DNA from: Spirochaetaceae bacterium
GTDB lineage: Bacteria; Spirochaetota; Spirochaetia; DSM-2461
DNA: 64,000 nucleotides
Assembly (NCBI GenBank): GCA_965224705.1
Contig: OZ245056.1
Location: 992,001 to 1,056,000 of the forward strand
Direction: 5' to 3'
Shown: one piece after another, positions 20,104 to 31,185 of the stretch
Position numbering within the stretch: the first letter of the stretch is position 1
Layout: each line of letters starts with the position of its first letter
The notes under the pieces: model-generated
Told to the model about the DNA's origin: nothing
The model's database searches: none
The model's input: the letters and a program-made list of their open reading frames with translations, nothing else
Position numbers and translations under genes: made by a program

Positions 20104-20384
20104 GAGGATGATAATACAGATAACTGTACAAATTGGCAATAGGAGTTCAGAAATGTACCATTGTTGGGGACTCAACAAAATAATGGGCCTGGTTGATCAG
20201 GGAATCATCCATTCCCTCCAAAACCTACTTAAGCGAAAGCCCCCTGCACTTGGCAACTCCACCGCAGAAAACCTCTCACGGAGGCACGGAGTTCACGACA
20301 CCAGAGAATTTAAGATATAATTGTTTAGCATGAACTGATTACAAACTTTTCACTGATTTCAACTCAAGAATTATCTTATCCAGG

Positions 20385-22980
20385 TTTTTTAACCGCAGAG
20401 GACGCAGAGAGCGCAGCGGGTTGTCACGGTAATTACTCAGCAAACTCTTATCCTATATTTCTCTACGTATCTCCGCGATCCCTGCGGTTTTATCCCCCTT
20501 CATGGTTTTTAACCGCAGAGGACGCAGAGAGCGCAAAGGGTTGTTCACGGTAATTACTCAGTAAACTTTTTATCTTATATTTCTCTGCGTATCTCCGCGA
20601 TCCCTGCGGTTTCATCCCTCCTCATGTTTTTTTAACCCCAGAGGATGCAGAGAGCGCAGAGGGTTGTTCAAGGTGATTACTCACCAAACTTTTATCCTAT
20701 ATTTCTCTGCGTATCTCCGCGATCCCTGCGGTTTTATCCCCTTTCATGGTTTTTAACCGCAGAGGACGCAGAGAGCGCAGAGGGTTGTTCACGGTAATTA
20801 CTCAGCAGACTTTTTATCCTATATTTCTCTGCGTTCTCTGCGGTTCATTCCCCATATTTCGCTGCATATCTCCGCGATCCCTGCGGTTTTACCTTATTCA
20901 TGGTTTTTTACTCCAGAAGATTCATGGTAACTATTCACCACTCTTTTACCCTATTTTTCTCTGCGTTACTCTGCGTCCTCTGCGGTTCATCCCCTATATC
21001 TCGCTGCGTATCCTTGCAATCTCTGCGGTTTTTACCTTATTCATGGTTTTTTACCGCAGAGGGTTCAAGGTAATTGTTCACCAATCTTTTTATTCCATGT
21101 TGGAGTTTTAACGTGTTGAAATTAATGATCAAGCCGACTTGCAATCTTTTTATTTTTAGATAATTCAGTAATTGAGCTTCATCGATTTTGGTAAGTTCTT
21201 TCACAGCTTTACACTCAATGATTACTTTATCCTCTACAAAAAAATCACATCGGAAACCAACTGCCAATTTTAATCCCTTATACTCAAGCGGCATTTCATG
21301 TTCTTTTTTAAAGGAAAGCCCAGCTATTTCCATTTCTTTTGCCAATGCAGACTGATATACACTTTCAAGGAATCCACAACCAAGTTCTTTGTGTACCTCA
21401 ATAGCACATCCAATTATTTTTTCAGTAACTTCATCTACTTCCATCTTTCTCCGCGTATCTCCGCAGTTTACACCCTCCTTCATGTTCTTTAACCGCAGAG
21501 GGTTCAAGGTAATTGCTCACCAATCCTTTATTCCATTTTTTTAACCGCAGAGGACGCAGAGAGCGCAGAGGGCTCATTGGTAAATATTCACCAACTTTTT
21601 AGCCTGTTTTTTTCTGCTATACTCCGCAAGATCGCGGTTTTTACCTTATTCTTGGTTTTTTAACCGCAGAGGACGCAGAGAGCGCAGAGGGTTCAGAGTA
21701 ATTATTGATCAAACTTTAGATCCTATATCTCTCTGTGTATCTCCTCGCTAGTTTTTTTTACCGCAGAGGGTTCAGAGTAAATAATCACCAAACTTTTATC
21801 CTATATTTCTCTGCGTATCTCTGCGATCTTTGCGGTTTATACCCCCTGCTAGTTTTTTACCGTAAAGTGTTCAAGGCAATTATTTACTAATCTCTTTATC
21901 CCATATTCCTCTGTGGTACTCTGCGTCCTCTGCGGTTCATTCCCCACAATTCTCTGTAGTACTCCGCAAACTCTGCGGTTCTTACCTTATTCTTGGTTTT
22001 TTAACCGCAGAGAGCGCAGAGGATTCAGAGTAAATAATCACCAATCTTTTATCCTATATTTCTCTGCGTATCTCTGCGGTTTATACCCCCTGCTAGTTTT
22101 TTACCGTAAAGTGTTCAAGGCAATTATTTACTAATCTCTTTATCCCATATTCCTCTGCGTAACTCTGCGCCCTCTGCGGTCCATTCCCCACATTTCTCTG
22201 CGTATCTCTGCGTCCTCTGCGGGTCATTCCCCACATTTCTCTGCTATACCCCGCAAACTCTGCGGTTCATCCCCCACTTCTCTCTGTGTCCTCTGCGGTT
22301 CATCCCCTACATTTCTCTGCCGTACCCCGCAACTCTGCGGTTCATCCCCCACATTCCTCTGCGTATCTCTGCAATCTCTGCGGTTTATACCCCCTGCTAG
22401 TTTTTTTACCGTAAAGTGTTCAAGGCAATTATTCACCAAGCTCTTTATCTCATATTTCTCTGCCGTACTCCATAAACTCAGCAGTTCATCCCCCATATTC
22501 CTCTGCGTATCTCTGCGTCCTCTGCGGTTCACTCCCCACATTTCTCTGCCGTACCCCGCAACTCTGCGGTTCATCCCCTACATTTCTCTGCGTATCTCTG
22601 CAATCTCTGCGGTTTATACCCCCTGCTAGTTTTTTTACCGTAAAGTGTTCAAGGCAATTATTCACCAACCTCTTTATCTCACATATCTCTGCCGTACCCC
22701 GCAAACTCTGCGGTTCATCCCCCACATTTCTCTGCAGTACCCCGCAAACTCTGCGGTTCATCCCCCACATTTCTCTGCTATACCCCGCAAACTCTGCGGT
22801 TCATCCCCCATATTCCTCTGCGTATCTCTGCGTCCTCTGCGGTTCATTCCCCACATTTCTCTGCCGTACCCCGCAAACTCTACAGTTCATCCCCCACATT
22901 CCTCTGCGTATCTCTGCGTCCTCTGCGGTTCATTCCCCACATCTCTCTGCAGTACCTGCAAACTCTGCGGTTTATCCTCA
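20385..22980. repeat. Large array of CTCTGCG/CGCAGAG palindromic units surrounding the GxxExxY gene
   Basis: ~120-bp units at 20391, 20511, 20634 and 20755. Further units follow 21490, decaying into ~43-bp single-arm tandem repeats by 22200-22980. Confidence 0.9.
21037..21444 (-). CDS. GxxExxY protein (PDDEXK_3 family)
   Basis: IIGCAIEVHKELGCGFLESVY, RCDFFVEDKVIIECKA, AQLLNYLK and GLIINF motifs. Start placed at MEVDE (21444). Confidence 0.93.
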   Translation of the reverse strand: MEVDEVTEKIIGCAIEVHKELGCGFLESVYQSALAKEMEIAGLSFKKEHEMPLEYKGLKLAVGFRCDFFVEDKVIIECKAVKELTKIDEAQLLNYLKIKRLQVGLIINFNTLKLQHGIKRLVNNYLEPSAVKNHE

Positions 22981-22988
22981 GTTGGATA

Positions 22989-25821
22989 CTACTTCACCTG
23001 ATAAAACGAATAAGGCTCATTACTCCTATCCCCCGTACCAAAAGTAGGATGCTGCTCCCCAGAAGTCAGCTCCAGCACCTGCCGGTAAACACTGTCCTCC
23101 AGCTCATTCACACTGACAAATCCATCCCGATTAGCATCGGCCAGTCCCCCTTCCAGCGACCGGACAATCGCATAGGTAAAAGCTCCCCCGCCCCAATCCG
23201 AGCGCTCCCAGGCCGCCTCATTCCCCCGCGCCGCGCTGATAACATTGTAGCCGCTGGCCAGAACCAGCTGGTTCACCACCGCGTCAATGTCGGCAGCCCC
23301 CCGCCGTCCAGTGGCCTGACCGCTGCGGCAGGAATCCAGCATAACCAGCACCTTCTCGGCATACACGGAACTCTGCAAATCCTCCTCCAGATCGCGGTTC
23401 TTGTAGCCCAGGGAACTGGGCCGCTCCATATCGCCGTCATGACCCATCAGATAGTACTCGTTCCGGGCATCGGTGGTACCATGACCGGCAAAGTAGAACA
23501 CCGCCACATCGTCCTTGCGGGCTTCGGAGAGAAAGTAGTTCACGCCGTCCTTTATGTTGGAGCGGGTGGCCTCCTCGTCGTAGAGGGTTTTGATCTTCAC
23601 ATCTTTATAGATGTCGGCCCCGCCCTGCTTTCGGAAGAGTGCGGCGATCTTCTCGGCATCGCTTCTGGCGTATTGCAGATTTTGATCCTCCCTGGCATAG
23701 CGGCTAACCCCCACCGACAGCACATACATGGAGGGCGGATTCTTTATCCCCAGCGAGTTCAGATGCAGAACCTGGGTCTCCGAGGCCACATTGCGGGAGT
23801 TGTAGGCGGTCACCTCCACCTCATTTTTTCCCTTCTTTAAGATGAGAGGAATGGTTTTGCGCAGTTCCCGGCTGGCCACGCCCCCCAGACGGCGCAGCCC
23901 CCGCGCCGCGGCATCCGCCAGAGGAGCCCCGTTGATCCGCACATCAATCTTACTTATACCGAAACTGCGGTCCACCGCCTGAATATCCATCTCGGCGGCG
24001 TTGTACACATCTTCCCCGCCTCGGGGCGATACGATAATCAACACCGGCTTGGCGTTCACAAAGGTCAGTTCGCCGTAAACCCCGGCATCCTTGCTGTCGT
24101 CCACCAGCCCCTGGGTGCTTTCCCGCAGATTTTCCACGAGAAAAGTCGATTCCGTCGGCTGGTTGTAGTCATGGGTTTCGGCCTTTTGAATCCAGCCGCT
24201 TCGCCCGTACACGCCCACCTTGTACCAGCCGTTCAGTTCGCCCACGGCGGTGAACACCGCCCCCCTGGCCAAAGAAGCGATGCGCGGCGATTTCTCCGAT
24301 GCGCCGCTGCGCACAATAATACTGTCCCTGGCCGAAACCTGCTTGTTCAAAGCCAGCACCGGCGATCCCACCGTCTGTCCCACCGGCACATCGATTTTTT
24401 CATCCAGCATGGTGCCAAACTGGGGACTGCTAACCAATACCCGCATGGGCAGCGTACTGCCCTTGAATGACGACTTCACGCCTATGGTGGCATCCATGCT
24501 TATGGTGTCGTCCATTTTGAACACGGTGAGATTCTTGGGCTGACTGTACAGGTCTATGGCGGAGGCGCTTTGTTCCAGCACAACCCGTACATCCTCTATA
24601 TCGTAACGGGAGGCGTTTTTGATAATGAAATGGAAGTCCACTCCCTCGCGGATCTGAATCATGCCGTCGCCGTTGCCGGTGGAGGTGGCCGAATCACCAT
24701 CGTCTATGGTGTAGGTGTAGAGAACTTCGGGAAGGCTAAAGATGTCCAGGGCGCCCAGTTCCTGTATCTGATTCCTTGAAAAGGACATGCCGTTGGCGTA
24801 GAATGCCTCGGCCACCTGACGGGACAGATAGTCATTGCGGCCCAGTTCCAGCAGATGAGACGCATCAAACTCCACCCGTCCGTCCAGCAGGGCCAGTTCC
24901 AGGTATTCCTGTGCCGATATTGGAGGCTTCCACGCTAATAAGCGCACGGCTGCGGTAGGCGGCGGTGCCGGTAAAAGATAGTTCCGCTTTGGCACGGGGC
25001 GGCAAATCGGGTTTACCCCGTTCAAAGGCCTCCGGGCTGTCCAAAACCGCAGCCAAGGCGGTCGATCCATAGAGGAGATAGTAGTCCGGCAGTCTGGGGT
25101 CAAGCTCCTCCGCCGCCCAGCTAAGCGCGCTGGGAAAGCCGGAATCGGCAAGGGCCGCGTCGGCTCCCCAGCCCAGAAGCAGGTTCACGGTATCCGTATG
25201 CCTGTGCGCAACGGCCCAGTAGAGGGCGGTGGTGCCGCTTCCCAATGCGTCCACATCGGCCCCCGCCTCCAGAAGCAGTCCGCATAGTTCATCGCTGCCC
25301 CGGTAGGCGGCCCAGTGCAGCGGCCGGTATCCATCCTTACGCGGCAGGTTCACATCCGCACCGGCATGAACCAGCGCGGCGGCAATCTCGCTCTGATTGT
25401 TCCAGACGGCATGATGCAGATAGCCCGCCCCGTCCTCATCGCTCCATTCAATATCCACGGAGTCTGTCGGACTTTAAGACTTCGAGGCGATTTTTGATGA
25501 TTTTTTTCCGATACAAGGCGGCAAAAGCGGAGCGTAGCTGGGCTCCGTGAGCATTTTGACAACGCGGCAGCGGGAAAAAAGGGCAAAAATCGAGCCGTGA
25601 GGCGTAAGTCCGACAGACTCCACGGCTCCATCGTCCAGCAGGCTCACAAACGGCACAGCCGCCCCCTGGAGCAGCAGTTCCAGGTAGGATTTCTGCCTCA
25701 TTGTGTCCAAATCGGCGGCCTGAGCAGTGCCGTCCACGCTGGAATCCTCCGGACTCGTCTTGCAGGCGGCCAGCGTCAGCACCGCCAGTACCGACAGAAC
25801 GTATCGCATACTTTTTTTCAT
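22989..25821 (-). pseudogene. Lipoprotein with ankyrin repeats, SH3-like and Ig-like domains and a C-terminal caspase (C14) domain; disrupted
   Basis: LAAC lipobox (25821 ORF), ankyrin motifs PLHWAA/ALYWAV, caspase YFAGHG and LDSCRSG. A MITE sits at 25460 and there is a frame break near 24910. Confidence 0.8.
25460..25620. mobile_element. MITE copy 2 (161 bp)
   Basis: Same terminal IR; TSD CACG. Removal restores ..GAV-DIEW.. in frame. Confidence 0.92.
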
Positions 25822-26333
25822 TGCTCTTCCTTATCCCAGGATCTTCTATCATGATATTAGGCATATTTGATCTTGTCGATAGAAATGGACGGCAAGGGCC
25901 GAGTCATAAATAACGTTTATATCTGGAACTGCTTTCATCATTGGAAGCTGTTTACATTATACAATAAGAGTAAATACAAGAAGGAATTATGTTGTGTCAG
26001 AAAGCTTGTTGCAGCCTGGCTTCATCAAAATCCAGCCAGACACGTATACCCTTGTCTGGTATAGTCGTTTAACAGTAATTGATGACTGCGATTCTGCGAA
26101 TCACTTTCTGGAACGGTGAGAAGCTTTGTCGGCGAAGATCATTGTAAATACTTATTCTATAACATATTAATTCTCTAATGAAAGCAATCGTTTTATCGAA
26201 CAAGCTTCTTGACACTACAAAAGGGTTATTGGGAGATGTATTGACTCTGATAATCATAAAGCGGCACGATGTGAAAAAGGTAGAGTATTGTGTTCCCGGC
26301 GGCCGAATCTCCGCGATTAAACGAAAAGGAAGC

Positions 26334-27290
26334 ATGAAGAAACGAGCACCTCGAAATCGAACACTGACCTGCTCCGAAGCCGAGCAGGCGACACTGTCCA
26401 GGCGGCTGGTCATCCTGTCCACCGCCGTAGAACCTGAAGAAATTGCGGACCGCATTATCAACCAGAATCTGTGGGATGTAGTGTCCTTCCTGCCGCATGG
26501 CTTTGCCGATCTCCTTATTCTGGACCCTCCCTACAATCTTACGAAGAACTACAATGGCCACGTATTCAGAGAGCGCGAGACAGAGGCCTATGGCAAGTGG
26601 TTTTCTGATCTACTGGAGAAGCTCATCCCCATTCTGAGTCCCTCAGCATCAATCTATGTCTGCAGCGACTGGAAGACATCTACTCTGATCTTTCCACTCT
26701 TAGACAGGCATTTTCATGTACGGAACAGAATCACCTGGGAGCGAGAAAAGGGACGGGGAGCAAAAAGCAACTGGAAGAACAATACAGAAGATATCTGGTT
26801 CTGCACTCGGACGGATGATTACTGCTTCAATGTTGACGATGTGAAGCTGAAACGGCGAGTGATTGCCCCCTATCGCTCTGACGATGGAAGCCCTAAGGAT
26901 TGGGAGGAAGGCAAAAATGGAAACTATCGGCTGACCCATCCATCGAATCTCTGGTCAGACATTACCATCCCTTTCTGGTCCATGCCCGAGAACACAGATC
27001 ACCCGACCCAAAAACCGGAAAAGCTCATCGCCAGGCTAGTCCTTGCCAGCTCACGCCCGGGGGACATGGTCTTTGATCCCTTCCTTGGAAGCGGAACAAC
27101 GGCAGTTGTTGCGCAGAAGCTCAACCGACGGTTCTGCGGTGTCGAATTGAACCAGAAATACTGTTGCTGGACGCAGAAACGCCTGTTGCAGGCCCGGGAA
27201 GACCCTGGCATTCAAGGCTACGCCAACGGCGTATTCTGGGAAAGAAACAGTCTCAACGGCCAAAACACTGGCATGTCACGTTCGCTTTGA
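26334..27290 (+). CDS. Orphan N4/N6 DNA methyltransferase (beta-class motif order)
   Basis: DPPY precedes HPTQKP and DPFLGSGTT. Start placed at MKKRAPRN after an AGGA SD. Confidence 0.9.
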   Translation: MKKRAPRNRTLTCSEAEQATLSRRLVILSTAVEPEEIADRIINQNLWDVVSFLPHGFADLLILDPPYNLTKNYNGHVFRERETEAYGKWFSDLLEKLIPILSPSASIYVCSDWKTSTLIFPLLDRHFHVRNRITWEREKGRGAKSNWKNNTEDIWFCTRTDDYCFNVDDVKLKRRVIAPYRSDDGSPKDWEEGKNGNYRLTHPSNLWSDITIPFWSMPENTDHPTQKPEKLIARLVLASSRPGDMVFDPFLGSGTTAVVAQKLNRRFCGVELNQKYCCWTQKRLLQAREDPGIQGYANGVFWERNSLNGQNTGMSRSL

Positions 27291-27515
27291 CAAAGGATCT
27301 CTCCTACTCCGCACACTACGCCTTACGATTCAGCTCATCAGAAACAAGAAGTGATCGGATTCTCTCTCCAAAATCCAACATTGATAAGGAGGCGGCATTG
27401 ATTTCCTCCGACAAGTGATGGCACTGTAACGAGAGGTCAATAGAGATGGTGAAACAGGACAAATCCAGCGCATGCGGAATCCCGTGCTGCTGATTTGCGA
27501 CCTTGGGAAGAGAAG

Positions 27516-28151
27516 ATGAATATACCGGAGACGCTCAAAGACAGAATCGCATTACTGCCAATACCTTACATCGTCGCGATTTCCGGATTTGGCGGTGCGG
27601 GGAAGACAACATTTGCATCAGCTCTGGGGAACGCAATCGGCATACCTGTTATCGGCATTGACTCCTTCATTACCGACAGGACTCGTGATAGCTACAGATT
27701 TTGGAACTTGATCGACTTCAACCGATTCAAAACAGAGGTCTTGCTGCCCTTTTTCACAAAGAAACCCGTTCGATACGGACACTACGACTGGGAGGCAAAT
27801 GAAATCCTGGAAATGCGGGAGCTGCCATCAGCAAAGGGCATCATAGTCGAGGGGGTGGGACTATTCCGCCCTGCATTGCTTGACTGTTTTTCCCTATCCA
27901 TCTGGTTGGAATGTCCCATTGAGACTGCGATGTCACGCGGAATGAAAAGAGATCGTGAAGTTTATCACAATCCACAAGATGAGGCATGGCGAGGGATTTG
28001 GAGACGAAATGACGAGGAATGCTATCGTGAATTTGACCCGGCAAAAGCAGCAGACATCATAGTTGATAACACCAGATCTGAAGTGGCAGAACAGGCTCAT
28101 CGTCTTGCAAACCGCCTGGAGATCCACTATACACCAGAGCATGGAAGCTGA
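27516..28151 (+). CDS. Uridine kinase-like P-loop protein; C-terminus read into an IS630 relic
   Basis: ISGFGGAGKTT, YDW, IVEGV and RGMKRD motifs. Confidence 0.8.
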   Translation: MNIPETLKDRIALLPIPYIVAISGFGGAGKTTFASALGNAIGIPVIGIDSFITDRTRDSYRFWNLIDFNRFKTEVLLPFFTKKPVRYGHYDWEANEILEMRELPSAKGIIVEGVGLFRPALLDCFSLSIWLECPIETAMSRGMKRDREVYHNPQDEAWRGIWRRNDEECYREFDPAKAADIIVDNTRSEVAEQAHRLANRLEIHYTPEHGS

Positions 28152-28235
28152 CTGAATACAGCGGAAATAGAATTAAGTGTCTATAAACGGCTATGCCTCA
28201 ATCGCCGAATACCAACCATTGAACAGCTGGTCAGG
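28085..28235 (+). pseudogene. IS630-family transposase relic
   Basis: RLEIHYTPEHGS*LNTAEIELSVYKRLCLNRRIP matches the IS630 motif YTPKHGSWLNxAEIE. Confidence 0.75.
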
Positions 28236-28324
28236 AAACAGAAAAGTGGAATCTGCCCGCTATGATCCGCTGTATGTGAAGGTGTAGGGTGAAATTGGAC
28301 TCCCGGGATGGGTTGAAGGGGGTT

Positions 28325-28822
28325 TTACAGGCCTTCTGACACTGGGTAAGGGTCCAGATCAATCTCTGAAGCCATAATTGAGTTAAGACGCAAATACTCG
28401 TAAAGTTCAATCCAGTTGCTGCCGGCGACCCGTATCAGTATATTGCTCATCCATCTTGTAACTGGAGGCAATAGCAAAACAATCCCAAAAAATTTGTTGA
28501 CTATCCCGGGTGGTATGAAGAATAGACCGGCAAGGAGTATTATCATGTAATCATTGAACATTTTTGCATCGAATCTTCCCTCATGAATAGATTTTGTCAG
28601 CCGAATACTGCGATTTTCAACCAGTCTATAGGTCAAAAATACACCTGCAGCTGTAATGACGGCGAGAATCGTAACGGTCATCCAGGGGCCGATTAACAGG
28701 GAAAGTTTGAAGAACAAAACAATGTCCAGCAGAATCACAAATCCAAGACAACAGAGAATCCCCAGATAGATACTGATAAGACGGAAGTTCAGAAGTGAAC
28801 TCAGTAACATTTGATTCAACAT
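28325..28822 (-). CDS. FxsA-family membrane protein
   Basis: IGPW..AAGVFL..LAGLFFIPPGIV..G..LLLPP pattern. Confidence 0.7.
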   Translation of the reverse strand: MLNQMLLSSLLNFRLISIYLGILCCLGFVILLDIVLFFKLSLLIGPWMTVTILAVITAAGVFLTYRLVENRSIRLTKSIHEGRFDAKMFNDYMIILLAGLFFIPPGIVNKFFGIVLLLPPVTRWMSNILIRVAGSNWIELYEYLRLNSIMASEIDLDPYPVSEGL

Positions 28823-28867
28823 GGACTGGGAGTATACCTGTTGTACATGAAAAAAGCCAGTATTGAA

Positions 28868-29611
28868 TCAGGCTTTTCGGATACTGGCTGCAAGGAGGAT
28901 AATGAAGAAGTACAAATATCGAAATAGACGCAGTATTCTCCATGGTCTGATGAGAGTATTGAAGAATCCAGCGACAAGCCGAGCACCCTCTGAATCGTTT
29001 GGCTTTTGTCTTCTACCAGAAAAAACACCGAAGCAGTTTTTCTCCCAGATTGCCAATCCTCCTGCAAGATATTGCCTGTGTCGACTGAACCATAGATGCC
29101 TGCCTTTTAAGCCATCACCAGTAAGAAGCAAAGTTGGAGAGGATTTCTTGATTGCGGTCAATACATCCTTTTTCCGCTTCTTTCTGAAGTTTGCAGCATA
29201 ACGTCCGACAACCCGGATCCCTGGGAATGTTGAACGAAGTGTTGATTCAACCGCACGTACTCCGTTCATATCCAAACCCAGTAAGTAAACAGATTTTGTT
29301 TTCTTTTCCAGGATACCTAGCAGGCGTATGATAAATGAATACGGTCGGTATAGCGGCGATGAAACTTTGTTAAGATAATGAACAGCATTTACAATCAGCG
29401 ACGAAGTTGGAATTATCAATGCGGCCTGCAATAAGGCTTCTTTGCGTTCTGAATCGTGTCTGGATTTCATGAATTCGTGGAAATCAAGGAGGATGATTTG
29501 ACGACAATCATTTCGGTTATAAATTCTTTCAATGACTTCCTGAAGGTTTTCTTCATTGACGATATCAATTGGTAACCCAAGAAAGTAAATGCGTTTTACT
29601 GTAGATCCCAT
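28868..29611 (-). CDS. WecB/TagA/CpsF-family glycosyltransferase
   Basis: FLGLPID, VYLLG, FPGIRVVG and PTLLL..G..RPWR motifs. Confidence 0.85.
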   Translation of the reverse strand: MGSTVKRIYFLGLPIDIVNEENLQEVIERIYNRNDCRQIILLDFHEFMKSRHDSERKEALLQAALIIPTSSLIVNAVHYLNKVSSPLYRPYSFIIRLLGILEKKTKSVYLLGLDMNGVRAVESTLRSTFPGIRVVGRYAANFRKKRKKDVLTAIKKSSPTLLLTGDGLKGRHLWFSRHRQYLAGGLAIWEKNCFGVFSGRRQKPNDSEGARLVAGFFNTLIRPWRILRLFRYLYFFIILLAASIRKA

Positions 29612-31020
29612 TATTTCTTGGTTCTCAGAAACTCTACAGCTCGAATCAACACTCTATCATAATCCAGATCAACAACTGGAGGAGAATTGAGTCTGGAATT
29701 ATTCTCCTGTTTTATCATCCGCCGAATGCTTCTTTCGCTGAGAACAAGTCCTTCTGAATGCAGATCTCCAATCAGTGTATTGACAACTCTGGCTGATGGA
29801 TTTGGATTCCTGTCAATGAATTCTCCAATACGATTCTCCTGGAGAATTATGGTAAGAGATTCGATTTCTTCGTCTGTAAGCTCTGGTTCCTTAACAACAA
29901 TATCTGGAGTAATACCCACTTTATCGATGTTGTTTCCCGCTGGTGTATAATACCGTCCGGTAGTAAGCTTAATCGCCGCTTCATCAGATTGAAGTTGAAT
30001 GAGCTGCTGAATTGAGCCCTTTCCAAAAGTTGTTTCACCAATTATGGTTGCCCGTCCATTATCTTTGAGAGCACCGGTCAGTATTTCCGATGCTGAGGCA
30101 GAGCCTTTGTTGATGAGTACAACTATTTCCATATCCCGGGGGACAATTTTTCCCGCCTTTGCTCGATGAACCTGATTGAATTCCTTCTGGCGGTACTTTG
30201 TACTGACCACAACACCGTTCGATAGGAACAGGTCGGCAATTTCGATAACTGATTCCAGCAATCCGCCAGGATTGGACCGAACATCGATGACAAGTCGGCC
30301 AAGTCCGAGAGTAATGAAATCCTTCAGGGTACTTGCAACATTCTGTGCCGTATAAGGGGTGAATTCAATAACTCTCAGATAACCGATTTCATTATCAATG
30401 ACAGTTGATTTCACCGTTGGTATTTCAATGATCTCCCGGGTTAGAGTTACATCAAACTTGATATTTTTTCCCCGCAGAATGGTAACCGTTACTTCACTTC
30501 CAAGTACTCCCCTCAGACGGTCAGAAACATCCTGAGTCGAGAATCCTTCCGCCGATTCATTTTCTATCGCATAGATATAATCTCCAGCCTTGAGTCCAGA
30601 TTTCCAACTGGGAGTATCCTCAATAGGTGCAATAACTTTGACATAGGGTAATCGTCCATGAGGATTCTCCGGATCGTAATGATCCCGGCTGATATAGAGA
30701 CCCACGCCGCCATAGGATCCCTCAGTCGTATCCTGCATCATCCGGAGGTATTCATCATCCAGGTACAGGGAATATGGATCATTCAAGGAGGCGAACATAC
30801 CATTCATGGCACCATTAAAAAGTGTCTCCGCTTCCACTTCATCGGCATAATAGGATTGGATTGCATGCAGAGCTGTTTCCAATTCTCTGATGAACTTCTG
30901 GTTTTGATTTCGGGGAAATGATTTGGCTGAGGCTACAGGTGATAATAAAACAACGAGAAGCAGGAGCAGTAAACTGGAAGTTAAAAGAATCCAGACAATT
31001 CTTTCTTGTTTTTTATACAT
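29611..31020 (-). CDS. S41 C-terminal processing peptidase (PDZ)
   Basis: LNDPYS, GGVGL, DVRSNPGG, SASASEI and TFGKG motifs. Start probably MYKKQ. Confidence 0.92.
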   Translation of the reverse strand: MYKKQERIVWILLTSSLLLLLLVVLLSPVASAKSFPRNQNQKFIRELETALHAIQSYYADEVEAETLFNGAMNGMFASLNDPYSLYLDDEYLRMMQDTTEGSYGGVGLYISRDHYDPENPHGRLPYVKVIAPIEDTPSWKSGLKAGDYIYAIENESAEGFSTQDVSDRLRGVLGSEVTVTILRGKNIKFDVTLTREIIEIPTVKSTVIDNEIGYLRVIEFTPYTAQNVASTLKDFITLGLGRLVIDVRSNPGGLLESVIEIADLFLSNGVVVSTKYRQKEFNQVHRAKAGKIVPRDMEIVVLINKGSASASEILTGALKDNGRATIIGETTFGKGSIQQLIQLQSDEAAIKLTTGRYYTPAGNNIDKVGITPDIVVKEPELTDEEIESLTIILQENRIGEFIDRNPNPSARVVNTLIGDLHSEGLVLSERSIRRMIKQENNSRLNSPPVVDLDYDRVLIRAVEFLRTKK

Positions 31021-31185
31021 ACCGTGATTTTCAACGGCACTTGTGTGCTTGTCAACAAGTAATTGCTTGACCCATGCCTGATACAGCCTTATGCTGTAAA
31101 AAATTTGAGTTGACAACCTGTCAGCCTGATGGCTTCCATGGGTTCTTCTGGCACTGAACCTGTGTTTCCAGAATCGGGGGATTGA

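Noticed and set aside
18020..22980. Palindromic arrays as a CRISPR array
   Set aside because: The inter-arm sequences are homologous to each other and to GxxExxY gene ends rather than unique spacers. Arms alternate in orientation and are degenerate.
6015..23001. Many short ORFs with NRRGRRERR / SAYLRDLCG / FVFFVPFVV motifs
   Set aside because: They are translations of the palindromic repeats in several frames and both strands, not genes.
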